Positions 18,908-29,613 of a stretch of 64,000 nucleotides of DNA are shown here, piece after piece. How positions within the stretch are numbered: position 1 is the stretch's first letter; every line of letters begins with the position of its first letter. Source of the DNA: a virus. The notes under the pieces were generated by a model. It ran no database searches, had not been told where the DNA came from, and saw only the letters and a program-made list of their open reading frames with translations. Where the stretch lies: IMG/VR virus record IMGVR_UViG_3300022902_000006; one strand, 5' to 3'. The position numbers and the translations under genes were made by a program.

Positions 18908-21519
18908 CCGCACCGCTCTACGACTCTGCTGGGTTCCGCAACCGGAAGAACCATCGTGTGTTCTCCAGCAATATGCCACATCGCGCACCTGTGCTGTGTT
19001 ACATCGCGGGCATTGAAGCACCGATCGTGGAGGCGCAGGTCACGTACGGTGTGTGGACCATCCCTGAAGCGGTCATTACGATGTTCCCGGATCCCAACAT
19101 GCAGCGGTTCGGAGCAGAGGACCGCGTCCCCATGGTGCTGTTTTACCTCGATGAGTACATCGAACCTGGGAAAGCGACATGGCGGCTCCTGTTTGATGGG
19201 GAGATTGCAGGGTGGGGGTACACCAACTCTGCGGCAGGGAGGAGCATCTACTTCAATTGTCGCATGGGCATCGCAATGTGGACGCAACTCTACATCCACT
19301 ACATGACGACCGTAGCGGGGATAATGAAGGGACACACGACGTCCGGTACTGCTGAAAAGGTAGACCAAGCGGTGAGTGACTACCCAGGGTCTCTGTTCCG
19401 CAAGGGGCTCTTCTCTGACGGGTCCACGGAGTTGGTCACACGCCCCTACGACTTCGTGTACAACACAGTGCGGTCAATCACATCACCCTTGGTGCCCAAT
19501 GCGACGCGCTCTGTTCCAGCGGTCAACTTCTTTGTTCGTTGGGTGGCGAAGAACAAGTTCCACAAACGGTTCGTAGCTTTGCCTTACCTGGACGAAGTGG
19601 AAGGGGAGTCAGATACTAACCAGCCCGTAGGTTTGTTCCCCTTGTGGCGGTCCATCCAATCCTCGGCTGCGGTGCGGGCCATGATTGAACGCACCACCAA
19701 TGATTATGCAGGCGCGAGTATGTTTGCGCTCATCAAGATGGTGCTGGACACCGCGTACATGGACCTGGCGATGCTCCCAACCGCCCCTGCTGTAAAAGTT
19801 GACTCAAGGGGCATTATTCTGGGACCCCCACCCACACCAGAAGAGATAGCCAAGGAGCTGGAGAAGTCAGCAGGGAGTGGTTTGTCTGACCCCCTCACAC
19901 CTTTTGACACGGGTCCTCCTGTACGCCTCGGCAACTACTTTGCCAAACCAAAGATGTTCTTCGCGGTGCCACCTGCGTGCAACGTCGTGTTTCCCAGCAT
20001 GACACCTCGGGTTTCGTACAACGAAAACTACTGGACGCAGCCAACACGGCTGTACTTCGAGGACCCCACTACACTCAACCTCGTTGGCCAAGGTGGAGGC
20101 AGCGTACGCGACTTGGTGAGCGCACGTTTGGCGCGCGGATATCCTCCCCAGGTGGATAAGCGATTCCAGGCAGCGCTCACGGACAGTACGCAGTCAGGCA
20201 AGAACATCCTTGTGTGGCCCGAGGAATTCTTCAAAGGACCTGTTACGGCGCAACAAACAGCCCCCGTGTGGCTCACGTATTACGCATTAGAGGAGATGGA
20301 GAATCAACGCAGCATGCTCGCGCGCATGGAAAAGCTCCTCGCGTCACTGCGTACCTCCAAGGTGGGGGATCCCGTTGTGGCAGAGGATCTTTATGCCATC
20401 TACGCGCAATACGAATACGCCATAGAGAAGTACACGAAGCGACAGGGGTCAGTGGACCTGGGGTTTCAGCCATACATAATTCCTGGGTTACCTACCTTCA
20501 TCTTCGATGATTTTGAGTCCCGAGCACACTTCGTGGGGTACATGGAGAACGCAACGCAGAGCTTCTCCAACGGAAACATAAGCACGTCGTTTGATTTCAC
20601 ACATGGGCGCACCTTCTACGAATACCTGAACGACATTAGCAACGAAATTAACCATCCCGTTATTGAAGAGCGCAAAGGGCTTCCCATTGCATCAGCGCCC
20701 ATGGACCCAATCCCAGAGATTCGGGATTACACCCAACACTTCTACAACGCAGACAAGCTCTACACGGCCCTCTTGCAACGTCGAGACACGTCCAAGCCTG
20801 CGGCCTGCGACTTTCGACAGCTCCTGGAATTCGTGAACTCCGATGGAACCACGGAGAACATCAAGATCGATGGCGTCAATGAAGAGACTCGTCGCGTAGT
20901 AACCAAGGAGCACGCAGCAGCGCTGATTGAGGTGGGGAAGTACCTCAGCGACAAGGCGCTGCAAGACTCCATCGAAGCGAAGGGGGAGAAAAAAGAAGGC
21001 GGCACGGTGGACACCACAGCACTGAGAAAGGCATTGCTCGTGGCGCTGACTGGGTACACAGACGACGACCTCCCAGGAGTTACCTTGGACGTCGCCACTA
21101 CCGCTGCTGCGAAGCTACGCTTGGCCGCATTCGGTGACTTCGAAAACACCGTGCACAACCTCGCGTCTGGAGGGGCCAAGGAACTAACTCCACGTGGAGG
21201 GCGCGAGGGGTACTTCGACTCTTACGACACCGCCATGGAATACTGTGCGCGTCCCATCTGTACTCTGGATGAATACGTTACCCAGTTTCTGGGTGAGACG
21301 CCATCGGGACGGAACTCAGACGCTGACGCGCTGTACTGGACGCGCATCCAGACCCTAAAAGGCGCAAAGACCACAGACAAAGCCACGGACAAGAACCAGC
21401 GTCTCATGGGCAACGCCCCTGAAGCTGTAAGTGACGATTTCCCTGTCATGCGTGCAGAGTGGCAGCAGGCTGTGTTAGCGTATCGCAGCAACGTAATCGC
21501 GAAGGGAGCCAGTCGCTGA
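18904..21519 (+). CDS. putative baseplate hub protein (T4 gp27/VgrG-like)
   Basis: Start re-picked at ATG 18904; alternating beta pattern, GSVDLGFQPYIIPGLP hub-like motif; synteny. Confidence 0.55.
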   Translation: MTAPLYDSAGFRNRKNHRVFSSNMPHRAPVLCYIAGIEAPIVEAQVTYGVWTIPEAVITMFPDPNMQRFGAEDRVPMVLFYLDEYIEPGKATWRLLFDGEIAGWGYTNSAAGRSIYFNCRMGIAMWTQLYIHYMTTVAGIMKGHTTSGTAEKVDQAVSDYPGSLFRKGLFSDGSTELVTRPYDFVYNTVRSITSPLVPNATRSVPAVNFFVRWVAKNKFHKRFVALPYLDEVEGESDTNQPVGLFPLWRSIQSSAAVRAMIERTTNDYAGASMFALIKMVLDTAYMDLAMLPTAPAVKVDSRGIILGPPPTPEEIAKELEKSAGSGLSDPLTPFDTGPPVRLGNYFAKPKMFFAVPPACNVVFPSMTPRVSYNENYWTQPTRLYFEDPTTLNLVGQGGGSVRDLVSARLARGYPPQVDKRFQAALTDSTQSGKNILVWPEEFFKGPVTAQQTAPVWLTYYALEEMENQRSMLARMEKLLASLRTSKVGDPVVAEDLYAIYAQYEYAIEKYTKRQGSVDLGFQPYIIPGLPTFIFDDFESRAHFVGYMENATQSFSNGNISTSFDFTHGRTFYEYLNDISNEINHPVIEERKGLPIASAPMDPIPEIRDYTQHFYNADKLYTALLQRRDTSKPAACDFRQLLEFVNSDGTTENIKIDGVNEETRRVVTKEHAAALIEVGKYLSDKALQDSIEAKGEKKEGGTVDTTALRKALLVALTGYTDDDLPGVTLDVATTAAAKLRLAAFGDFENTVHNLASGGAKELTPRGGREGYFDSYDTAMEYCARPICTLDEYVTQFLGETPSGRNSDADALYWTRIQTLKGAKTTDKATDKNQRLMGNAPEAVSDDFPVMRAEWQQAVLAYRSNVIAKGASR

Positions 21520-22217
21520 TGTCCCACAAAGAAAAAGACTTAGAGCTATGGCGGCAGTGGAACCAGAGCAACCGGAAGAAGGACCTCCACGCTCTCTTGG
21601 TTAATCTGGACCCCATTATCCAGACCCAGGTGAACAAGTGGTCGGGCACACTGGCTCGTCCCATGCTCGAATCCAAGGCTCGCGTACTCGCGGCCAATGC
21701 GCTGCACAACTTCGACCCCAACCGGGGGACAGCACCTGCGACACACGTCACCAACCAGCTCCAGAAGCTCTCACGTACGGTGTACAGCCACACACAGGCT
21801 GTCCGTATCCCTGAGCACAAGTCAGTGGCGATGGCGTCGTTCTCTGCAGGCTTCAACATCATCCGTGACCGTTTGGGACGTGACCCCACGACAGTGGAGT
21901 TAGCTGACCACATGGGCTGGACCCAGAAGAGGACTGCAGAGTTCCAAAAGGCATTCGACCGTAAGGAGTTGCTGGGGTCCGGTGAGTTTCAACCCGCTGC
22001 GTTTCCAGTCGTGGATGGGTATGACCCGGTCGTTGCTTTCGTGTACCACGACCTGGCACCGAAAGATCAGCAACTGTTCGAACATGTAACAGGGTATGGA
22101 GGCAAGGCCATCATGCCGAACGCCCAACTCATGCGCCGTTTTAAGCTGACGCAGGGGCAGCTCTCCTACAAGAAACGTAAACTGATTGACAAGTTTCAAC
22201 GTGCACAGACGGGCTAA
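21519..22217 (+). CDS. sigma-70-family RNA polymerase sigma factor (group 3-like, divergent)
   Basis: FDPNRG (region 2.3), AVRIP, LGRDPTTVELADHMG (region 3), C-terminal HTH; ATG overlaps hub stop (TGATG). Confidence 0.75.
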   Translation: MSHKEKDLELWRQWNQSNRKKDLHALLVNLDPIIQTQVNKWSGTLARPMLESKARVLAANALHNFDPNRGTAPATHVTNQLQKLSRTVYSHTQAVRIPEHKSVAMASFSAGFNIIRDRLGRDPTTVELADHMGWTQKRTAEFQKAFDRKELLGSGEFQPAAFPVVDGYDPVVAFVYHDLAPKDQQLFEHVTGYGGKAIMPNAQLMRRFKLTQGQLSYKKRKLIDKFQRAQTG

Positions 22218-22222
22218 GGCCG

Positions 22223-23587
22223 ATGGCTGAAGAATGTATTACCCCAAGTAAGGGCTCGCAACTTGTCCCCTGGAAACCAACCCTCACTAAAGACAAAGTG
22301 TCTGCTGTCATCGCAGGGCACTACCAGAGGTACTCGAAGAGATTTGAGGAGGCTGCACGTTCCTACCGGGGGCTCCGCGCTGACCACGGTCTCACGTCCG
22401 AGGATAGCTTCATTATTAGCCCCTATGGACTCACGTCCAACAACGCCTTGCACCCTGCGGTAGTGCCTGGGTACACATATGTTGCACCCAACCCAGGGGG
22501 TTACAAGGTAACTCCCAAAGGTGTGACCCGCCCCTGGACATACGTAATGTTGCACTCATTTGGGCATGCGTGGGATTTGGGGCAACTAGGGTACACTCGG
22601 CAGAAACAAAGCAATGGTAAGTACAAACAAGCGCTAGTACGCAACGGGTCCTTGATGCGCGCTCCGGGGGACACGTATGGACACAACCCCACACGGTTCT
22701 TCGCCGGTGTGAAATCTCTGTGTGGAGGGGGTGCCCGCCCTGTGGGCATCCATTTTATAATCAGCCGACGCGGGGATGTAGTTGTTAGTTGTGATTTGAA
22801 CGATATCGCGAAACACGGGTATGGAGACGCGTACACCATGCACGCGCGGGGTAACAACTACGTTACGGTAGGGATTGAGCTGGAAGTCGCCCTGGTGCGA
22901 CTCAAGAAGAATAGTTATCCCGTCACTAACACGTACTCAACTTTGCAACTTCAAGCCCTCGCCATCATCCTACGGAAAATCGGAGCATATCGGTCTATCA
23001 GCAATAACGTCATCTCCAAAGAACGCAGTGACTCAGTGTCCTCCCAATGTCAACAGTGGAGCACGGGGTACCTTCAACATCGTGACGTAAATACGAAGAC
23101 ACAACGCCACGATGCGGGTGGGGAGTTCAACATCCTTCCAGGGCAGACGGGCACTGTCGCGGGTGTAACGCAAATCACGTCAGGGTGGACCACCTTGTTT
23201 GGTTACATGGCCAAGGTCCGTGACTTCGATTTGGGTACTCAGGTTTTCCAAACGGGCATTTCCCCACTCCAAGCCACACAGATGTCGGAACTCAATCGCG
23301 CGATCACACAGGCCAACGCAGGGCAGAAGGCACCTCTACGGAAGCTACGGGGGCGCATGGCATCGATGGCGCGTGCGGAGCGTATTCGCGCTCAGAGTCG
23401 ACGAGGTGCTGCTGCGCAAGCGTCAGGACAGCACATAGGGTTCGCGGGCGCCCTGAAGCGCATACTTGGGCTCGGCGCGCGACAAATGGCGCAGTACACC
23501 CTGGACACCACCAACAATGCTGCCATCACCGGGAATATTCCAGCGTATAATGAGTCCAGCAACACCTGGGTAAAGGATAAGGACTGA
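22223..23587 (+). CDS. N-acetylmuramoyl-L-alanine amidase domain protein (probable tail-associated lysin)
   Basis: VMLHSFG, GIHFIISRRGDVV, IAKHG, TVGIELE, LQHRDV resemble Amidase_2 motifs; located between hub and wedge genes. Confidence 0.7.
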   Translation: MAEECITPSKGSQLVPWKPTLTKDKVSAVIAGHYQRYSKRFEEAARSYRGLRADHGLTSEDSFIISPYGLTSNNALHPAVVPGYTYVAPNPGGYKVTPKGVTRPWTYVMLHSFGHAWDLGQLGYTRQKQSNGKYKQALVRNGSLMRAPGDTYGHNPTRFFAGVKSLCGGGARPVGIHFIISRRGDVVVSCDLNDIAKHGYGDAYTMHARGNNYVTVGIELEVALVRLKKNSYPVTNTYSTLQLQALAIILRKIGAYRSISNNVISKERSDSVSSQCQQWSTGYLQHRDVNTKTQRHDAGGEFNILPGQTGTVAGVTQITSGWTTLFGYMAKVRDFDLGTQVFQTGISPLQATQMSELNRAITQANAGQKAPLRKLRGRMASMARAERIRAQSRRGAAAQASGQHIGFAGALKRILGLGARQMAQYTLDTTNNAAITGNIPAYNESSNTWVKDKD

Positions 23588-24039
23588 TGCCTACGTACGA
23601 CATCTACATAGAGCCCGCCCCCATCGTGGAGCAGAGGTACGGTCAGGGACTACTCACATTTGCATTCCCCAAGACAGTAGGGGTGCGTGGTCCGTACAAG
23701 CTCGTCGTGCAGTGGGTTAAGCGTTTCATGACCCCCAAGGGGTCAGACCCCATTGAACCAAACAGCGGAACAGAGTTTCCTCTACTCATAGGTGCCAACC
23801 TCGAAGACATAGAGGACGCACGGGACGTCGTGTTGTTATCTGTGGAGGACTGTAATAAGCAGATCATGCAGGCCCAGAGTAGGTATACGCTGGACGATGA
23901 TGAAATCCTGGGTACGGCGGCGTTGACCAAGTTTGAAGCGGTAGGGGTTGATGGTTTCTCTGCCTGGGTTGATATCCAGAATGTGTTGGGACAATCCATC
24001 ACAGTACGCGTGCCCCAGCACGTCATAAGGACCGTGTAA
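23587..24039 (+). CDS. baseplate wedge subunit (gp25-like)
   Basis: KLVVQWVKRFMTPKGSDP..GTEF pattern, 150 aa, precedes baseplate J-like gene. Confidence 0.65.
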   Translation: MPTYDIYIEPAPIVEQRYGQGLLTFAFPKTVGVRGPYKLVVQWVKRFMTPKGSDPIEPNSGTEFPLLIGANLEDIEDARDVVLLSVEDCNKQIMQAQSRYTLDDDEILGTAALTKFEAVGVDGFSAWVDIQNVLGQSITVRVPQHVIRTV

Positions 24040-24040
24040 A

Positions 24041-26065
24041 ATGATAACGATTACCCCTGCGGATGTAACCGACGCAGTCAAGTTCCTCGAAACGTACATG
24101 ACTGGGCGCCTCACAGACGGCGACTTTTCAGAAGGTGCGCTTCTTCGCGACCTTGCAATCAAGGCCATAGCGTACGACTACGCGTATCTCCGCGCCACGG
24201 ATGAGCAGATCCGCGCACGGCAGAGCCTCTTGTCCATCACTTCGATTGATACGACCGATGATAGTGAAGCTGCGAACGACGCGGCTGATGCCATCATGTC
24301 AAACTGGTTCGCGTCTCGTAAACTGGGCAAGTACGCACGCACCACAGCACACCTCTTCCTGCAAGAGCGTACGGACACCGTGATTCCTGCAGCCAATCAC
24401 TTCTACGTATCGAGCGACGTGTCCTTTACATTGGACAACGTCGGAGAAGACTTGCTCGTCGAAGCAGAGGAACTCGTAGCACAGTGGGACAACTCGGGAG
24501 ACATCATCGGGTATGTCGCGTCCTTTCCCGTCGTGGCGGAGTACCCCGGTGCGCAGTACAACATCGACCCCATCAGATTCACCTCTTTTGATCACATCGA
24601 TGATGCTGAGCTGTATGTTGAGACCCAGGCGAAGGCGTCCGGGGGTGGGCCTATTGAAACGTCCACTGAGATGCGTACGCGAGGAAAAACCCTGGCGGCA
24701 ACGCGCAATCTCATCAACGCACGATCGTGTGATGCGACCCTCCTGGACAAGTATCCAACCCTCCAGGCACTCACCGTCATTGGGATGGGTGATGTTGAAA
24801 TGATCCGCGACTTGCGCGAAGAGATGGCCACGCGTTGGCGCATGCACGTAGGAGCGCATCAGGACATCTTTGTCTCCCTCCCTCTGGTTGAGCAGACAGT
24901 GAACCTTTCAGTGGGGGCCATGTTTGCCCGCCCTGACGGCTGCGTGTGCATCTTCCGCGACGAGGTGTACACCTCTACCAACAAGTTTACGGACCCCAAT
25001 CCCACGACAGGAAAAACGCTAGTTCCTGGGATGTGTCTGCGCATCTGGGATGGCTTCCCCCAGAATGCGCGCGACTATGTGATCCGGGAAGTGCGTGACT
25101 ACGAGCTGCTCGTCAGCGAAAAAGTCCCATTCCCCCTCGCAACCGACGTAGCAGGGACGTACGTAACATGGTCAGCGGGTGTGTTTGCCCCCAACTTCCT
25201 CGACGTCATCCCACGCAACACCTCAGTAACACACGCGGAGCGCACGTTGTACGGTGAGACATCCACCAGCATCGCAGCGGAAGGGGCGGTAGTGCTCCCG
25301 GCGCTACCTATCTACAAGATCACCTCCGTTACAATCGCAGACGCTACGGACCCAGACGCAGACCCCGCCGATGGTCTCGTGCATTTCGAAGTGCGCGGCA
25401 ACGAGCCTCCCACCACGCAAGTAGCACCTTACAACGAGTACCAAGTGGTAGTGCACAACCCCTCAGCGCACCAGTCAACACGTAGCTTCGCAGAACTGAT
25501 TGTTGGGCCTAGCAGTACCCCCACGAAGTATGATGGGAAGACTGTGCGTGTGACGTTTGAAACGTTGTCCGGCTTTTCCAGCATCGCACTCTTCGTTCAG
25601 GGGCGATCTCAACGTATCTCCACACAGCACAGTTTGGTGCGTGGGTACCACCCGGCGTACCTCTCCATGGTGGTCGAGTACCGTAAGAAAACAGGGGCCA
25701 CTGGTACCATCGATAATGCGGCTGTGGCATCAACGCTGCTGAGCTACATCAATGGCTTCGACCCCACGGAAGTGATTGATACATCTCAGGTCAGCGACTA
25801 CCTCAAGGGCATTTATCCCAACATCGGACATGTGTACCCCTTCACCATCTACTACGAAGTGCACGTTCCAGATGGACGCGTGGTACACTTCTCATCCGAC
25901 GAAGACGTCACCGTGCCCCACGACCCCACAAAGCTGGCAACCAAACAGCTCAGCCCCGGCAGCGCCATCAATGGGTTGGATAACCCAGTAACGTATGGAA
26001 TCAGCGATGATACATTACGCTACGTGGCACGGAGCCGGGACCTCACCATCCAGGAAAGGGCATGA
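24041..26065 (+). CDS. baseplate wedge protein (gp6/baseplate J-like)
   Basis: DFSEGALLRDLAIK N-terminus, AEYPGAQYNI, GGGPIETSTEMRTR J-like motifs. Confidence 0.7.
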   Translation: MITITPADVTDAVKFLETYMTGRLTDGDFSEGALLRDLAIKAIAYDYAYLRATDEQIRARQSLLSITSIDTTDDSEAANDAADAIMSNWFASRKLGKYARTTAHLFLQERTDTVIPAANHFYVSSDVSFTLDNVGEDLLVEAEELVAQWDNSGDIIGYVASFPVVAEYPGAQYNIDPIRFTSFDHIDDAELYVETQAKASGGGPIETSTEMRTRGKTLAATRNLINARSCDATLLDKYPTLQALTVIGMGDVEMIRDLREEMATRWRMHVGAHQDIFVSLPLVEQTVNLSVGAMFARPDGCVCIFRDEVYTSTNKFTDPNPTTGKTLVPGMCLRIWDGFPQNARDYVIREVRDYELLVSEKVPFPLATDVAGTYVTWSAGVFAPNFLDVIPRNTSVTHAERTLYGETSTSIAAEGAVVLPALPIYKITSVTIADATDPDADPADGLVHFEVRGNEPPTTQVAPYNEYQVVVHNPSAHQSTRSFAELIVGPSSTPTKYDGKTVRVTFETLSGFSSIALFVQGRSQRISTQHSLVRGYHPAYLSMVVEYRKKTGATGTIDNAAVASTLLSYINGFDPTEVIDTSQVSDYLKGIYPNIGHVYPFTIYYEVHVPDGRVVHFSSDEDVTVPHDPTKLATKQLSPGSAINGLDNPVTYGISDDTLRYVARSRDLTIQERA

Positions 26066-29000
26066 CGATAACAGGGCTACGAGGGCACGGACTCCTCCAA
26101 GGTCTGTCCGATTTTTGGACAGTGTACTTCAAGGACCGCGACCAGCTTGAAGCATTGTACGAAGCAACGGAAGTGCTCCTCGGACAGGCGTACCTGGACA
26201 TGCTCTCGTCGTTCTTGAACATCGGACTCGGGGACACCCCCATCTTCAATAAAGAATTTTTCAAACTCATGTCCGCGCGTGAGAGCGACATTACCTACCG
26301 CGAAATTTGGTATGCGGGTGTCGAGGTGGAACGCGCGTACATGAACATGCCGGACAACGTCGCAAAGGCACACATATTCCAGAACAAAGTGTTCGACCCC
26401 ACTGCATGCTTGGAGGTGGATTCAGATTTCGAAGTGGACGAGGAATACTACTGGTTCAAGTTCCTCACGGATCCTTCCGGCACGTTTGGAAAAACCCTGG
26501 GAAAAGCGACGGCAGGGTCACTGGTCACCTACGGTACGTTGTCCAAAGCGTACTCAGGGAGTACCGAGGCACCGTTCCAATACGCGAAGGCAGGGGATTG
26601 GTTTGAACTTACCGGCAGTGGGTCCGGTAACGATGATACGTACCCCATCGTGCAGGTATTGGACGCGCAGACAGCAATTATCCAAGGTACGCTGACGTGC
26701 CCCGACGTAAACAACGGCGCGCTCACGTTCAAAGTAAGGGATGCTGAGTTCACTCCTGCGTCTGGATTCGCGGCGCGCAAGGTACCTGTAGCAGTACACG
26801 GGTCCTTCGATGACCCCACCCTCCGCGCTACATCGTCCATGGCATCTTGGGCGGCTGACGCTCCCGTGGGCATTGAGGTTAAGAAAGGTGACGTACTTCG
26901 CCAATTGGTGCCCAATGCCACCCCGATGCGCAAGTTCGCTGACTACGACATCTCAGTTGTACGCCACGGCAAGCTGTTCCTGAAGCCCTCAACTACGGCC
27001 CCCGCTATCAGCGCGCAAACTGGTGTTGATTACTGCATCCTGCGAGACCCAACAAGCCCATACGTGTACGACGAGCCCGTAACCTTCGCGCAGAGTGGGA
27101 CACCAAAGGGGGACGGCAATGGAAGCCTGGAGGTGCTCACCGGGAACAAAGTAAAGCTCACGCTCCCAGGTGGAGCGCCTACCACCTTTGACCTCACAGA
27201 TTCGCGACGGTACGTGACGTTGACGAATTGTGGTGCGTTGAAGTTCACCGCAGACGTCGATTTACGCGGTAACTTGACCTGGACAGGGGGTGTTAAGAAC
27301 CCGTTTACACGTGCTTTTCCCCAAGGGCAAGTCACCATCTCTACCGTCGGACCACCGGGGCCAAACGATGGAGACCACACCATCGAGTCAATCTCTGCGG
27401 GTGGGGAGGCGAAGTTAGTTGGCACCTTCGCGCCCGAACTAGGCGCAACCGTTACCATCAAGGTGGAGACCAACGCAGGCACGTACCAACTACGGCAACG
27501 CATCAGCTCCCTGGCTATAGAACTGGACCTGGACGCAGCAGCAGACGACTTGAACAACGGTACCATTCTGTGGGTCGTGCATGATGGCTACCGCACGAAC
27601 CTCTCACCACACGCGCATTTGGTGGAGGGGAGTGTAGATGTAAACAAGGGCATCGGGAGCCCCACCACAGGAGGCTACCGCGAGCTAACCACGAGCGACT
27701 ACGCAGTGGTGCCTGAGATTGGTGAAGTGCTCCAGACGGGACGTCTCGCGGGTACGTGGGCTCTTACCGCAGCGACGGCAGCACATATCTCATACCAATG
27801 GAAAAAGGAAGTCGTGCCTCTGACCAGCACCGGGGTGTTCGCGGTTGTAACAGAGACGCTCGTCAATGAGGTGGCGTTGTGGGCACCTGACGTATTGGTG
27901 GACAAGTATCACCTGTACGAGACTTACGGCTACATGATCAATCGCTTTGAACCCTCATCCGAAGCCTACCGTGCGTTCCTTCAAGGGATCTTCCGTCTGT
28001 ATATTGTAGGCCCTGTGTTGAAGCACATCGAAGCAGCGATGAATGTCATCGGGCGCTTCCCCGTTATTCGTGACGACGGCGAAGTCATGGTGGAGTATGA
28101 CACTAGCGAGACTGAGTACGATGTGGTGCGTACCCTCAACCTGAACGGGGAGTATGTAACCTACGAGTTCACGAAAGGAACACCACTGCGTGAGGAAGTA
28201 ACGAGCTACGTGGATGGCGTGTCAGACGCTGTTACTTTCGAAGCGGCTGACCCCCTCACCACCCTGTTCGTTGTCACCGATTCTGTTGAGGACCCCGTGT
28301 GGTGGGACGATGCCATCATCCCCCACGCCCTACTCCCCGAGGAGTCCATGGCCCGGCGAGCGGCGCAGCCGTCTCTCATCGAACACATTGTGGGGCCGGT
28401 TGATGGTGCCAAGGTCGGTGACCCTGGACTCTTCGTGGGTGCGGATGATGAAGGGGTTGTCCCCGCGTACGGTCACACATACCCACCACTACGCCGCCGC
28501 ATGGCCAACGTGGTGATGAACACGTTTCTCAAGCACAACATCCTGTACGTGTACTTCGATGCGGGCATTCATACGTACATGACAAAGGATTTTGTCCAGG
28601 ATATCCGAGAGCTGTTGCTCATAGCAAAACCAAGCGCCGTCATGATGTACATCGAACCCGCGACAGAACTGCGGGACACCCTCATGCTCACCGAGGATGA
28701 TGTCGGGATGACGGTGGGATGGTCCTTGTCTGATGGAGTAGTGATGGGTGACGACGTCATTACAGTTCAGTCTGGGACCTGGAAAGTAGGTGCGACTTTT
28801 CGACGTCGCACTCCTGTGATTGGACACGCCATCTCTTCCACTGTCCCCACCAACCTCCCAGATGACAACATCATCGCGGCGCGTATAAAAGGTCCGGCGC
28901 ACCGGGACGAGTTTGTGGATTACCTCATCAACTACGAGGACGGTATAATAACTCCAATAGTAACCCCGACAGCGTGGCCCGGGGGGAGCTACACCATTGA

Positions 29001-29598
29001 CTACAGTTCGATGGAAATGAAGAACCAAGCAACCAAAGATGCGTCGCTGGGGGACACGGATGTCATTGTTGGGGGGCTTGACCCGAAGAAGGTGCGCCCC
29101 ACCCGCGAGCTGAGTGTGTGCAACGTAACAGCGGCGGGAGCCTCGGGGAGCGCCCGCGTATTGGAGGACGCCAACGCCTCCTTCTCTGCACTCCATGTAG
29201 ACGCCTACGTCAAGATCGCTGGTGTCCTTGAGCGAATCATGAGTGTGCTCTCCCCCACCGAAGCAGTGCTACGCAACACCACAGCGACTCTGGGTGTGAA
29301 TCTCCCGTGGTGCTTCCCCTCCGACGAACCAGCGGACGGTGTCACAGCTTTCAGTGGGGGTGTTTGGTACCTGGAATCAGCGGGTGCCTTTTTTCGTCCC
29401 TGGCACGTAGGGCGCTACGTCCACTTCAAGTCAGGGCTCAACCTCAACACGTACTTCAAAATCCAAAGCGTGGTAGATATGAGCCGTGTTGTATTGGAGG
29501 GAACGCCCCTTGCAGACACCACACAAAGATGGCAATGTGTTGGGTCTGGGCAACACGTCGATATCGTTGAACGTCCCTTGCAGATTACCATCACCTAG
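26062..29598 (+). CDS. large baseplate wedge protein (gp7/I-like) with repeated beta modules
   Basis: 1178 aa; follows J-like gene; several F..G.YV.I..N.G...I.SV modules. Confidence 0.55.
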   Translation: MTITGLRGHGLLQGLSDFWTVYFKDRDQLEALYEATEVLLGQAYLDMLSSFLNIGLGDTPIFNKEFFKLMSARESDITYREIWYAGVEVERAYMNMPDNVAKAHIFQNKVFDPTACLEVDSDFEVDEEYYWFKFLTDPSGTFGKTLGKATAGSLVTYGTLSKAYSGSTEAPFQYAKAGDWFELTGSGSGNDDTYPIVQVLDAQTAIIQGTLTCPDVNNGALTFKVRDAEFTPASGFAARKVPVAVHGSFDDPTLRATSSMASWAADAPVGIEVKKGDVLRQLVPNATPMRKFADYDISVVRHGKLFLKPSTTAPAISAQTGVDYCILRDPTSPYVYDEPVTFAQSGTPKGDGNGSLEVLTGNKVKLTLPGGAPTTFDLTDSRRYVTLTNCGALKFTADVDLRGNLTWTGGVKNPFTRAFPQGQVTISTVGPPGPNDGDHTIESISAGGEAKLVGTFAPELGATVTIKVETNAGTYQLRQRISSLAIELDLDAAADDLNNGTILWVVHDGYRTNLSPHAHLVEGSVDVNKGIGSPTTGGYRELTTSDYAVVPEIGEVLQTGRLAGTWALTAATAAHISYQWKKEVVPLTSTGVFAVVTETLVNEVALWAPDVLVDKYHLYETYGYMINRFEPSSEAYRAFLQGIFRLYIVGPVLKHIEAAMNVIGRFPVIRDDGEVMVEYDTSETEYDVVRTLNLNGEYVTYEFTKGTPLREEVTSYVDGVSDAVTFEAADPLTTLFVVTDSVEDPVWWDDAIIPHALLPEESMARRAAQPSLIEHIVGPVDGAKVGDPGLFVGADDEGVVPAYGHTYPPLRRRMANVVMNTFLKHNILYVYFDAGIHTYMTKDFVQDIRELLLIAKPSAVMMYIEPATELRDTLMLTEDDVGMTVGWSLSDGVVMGDDVITVQSGTWKVGATFRRRTPVIGHAISSTVPTNLPDDNIIAARIKGPAHRDEFVDYLINYEDGIITPIVTPTAWPGGSYTIDYSSMEMKNQATKDASLGDTDVIVGGLDPKKVRPTRELSVCNVTAAGASGSARVLEDANASFSALHVDAYVKIAGVLERIMSVLSPTEAVLRNTTATLGVNLPWCFPSDEPADGVTAFSGGVWYLESAGAFFRPWHVGRYVHFKSGLNLNTYFKIQSVVDMSRVVLEGTPLADTTQRWQCVGSGQHVDIVERPLQITIT

Positions 29599-29607
29599 AC
29601 GTATGAT
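29578..29607 (+). promoter_or_regulatory. sigma70-like promoter candidate (TTGCAG-N18-TATGAT)
   Basis: -10 hexamer ends 6 nt before ATG 29614. Confidence 0.35.
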
Positions 29608-29613
29608 AGGCCC

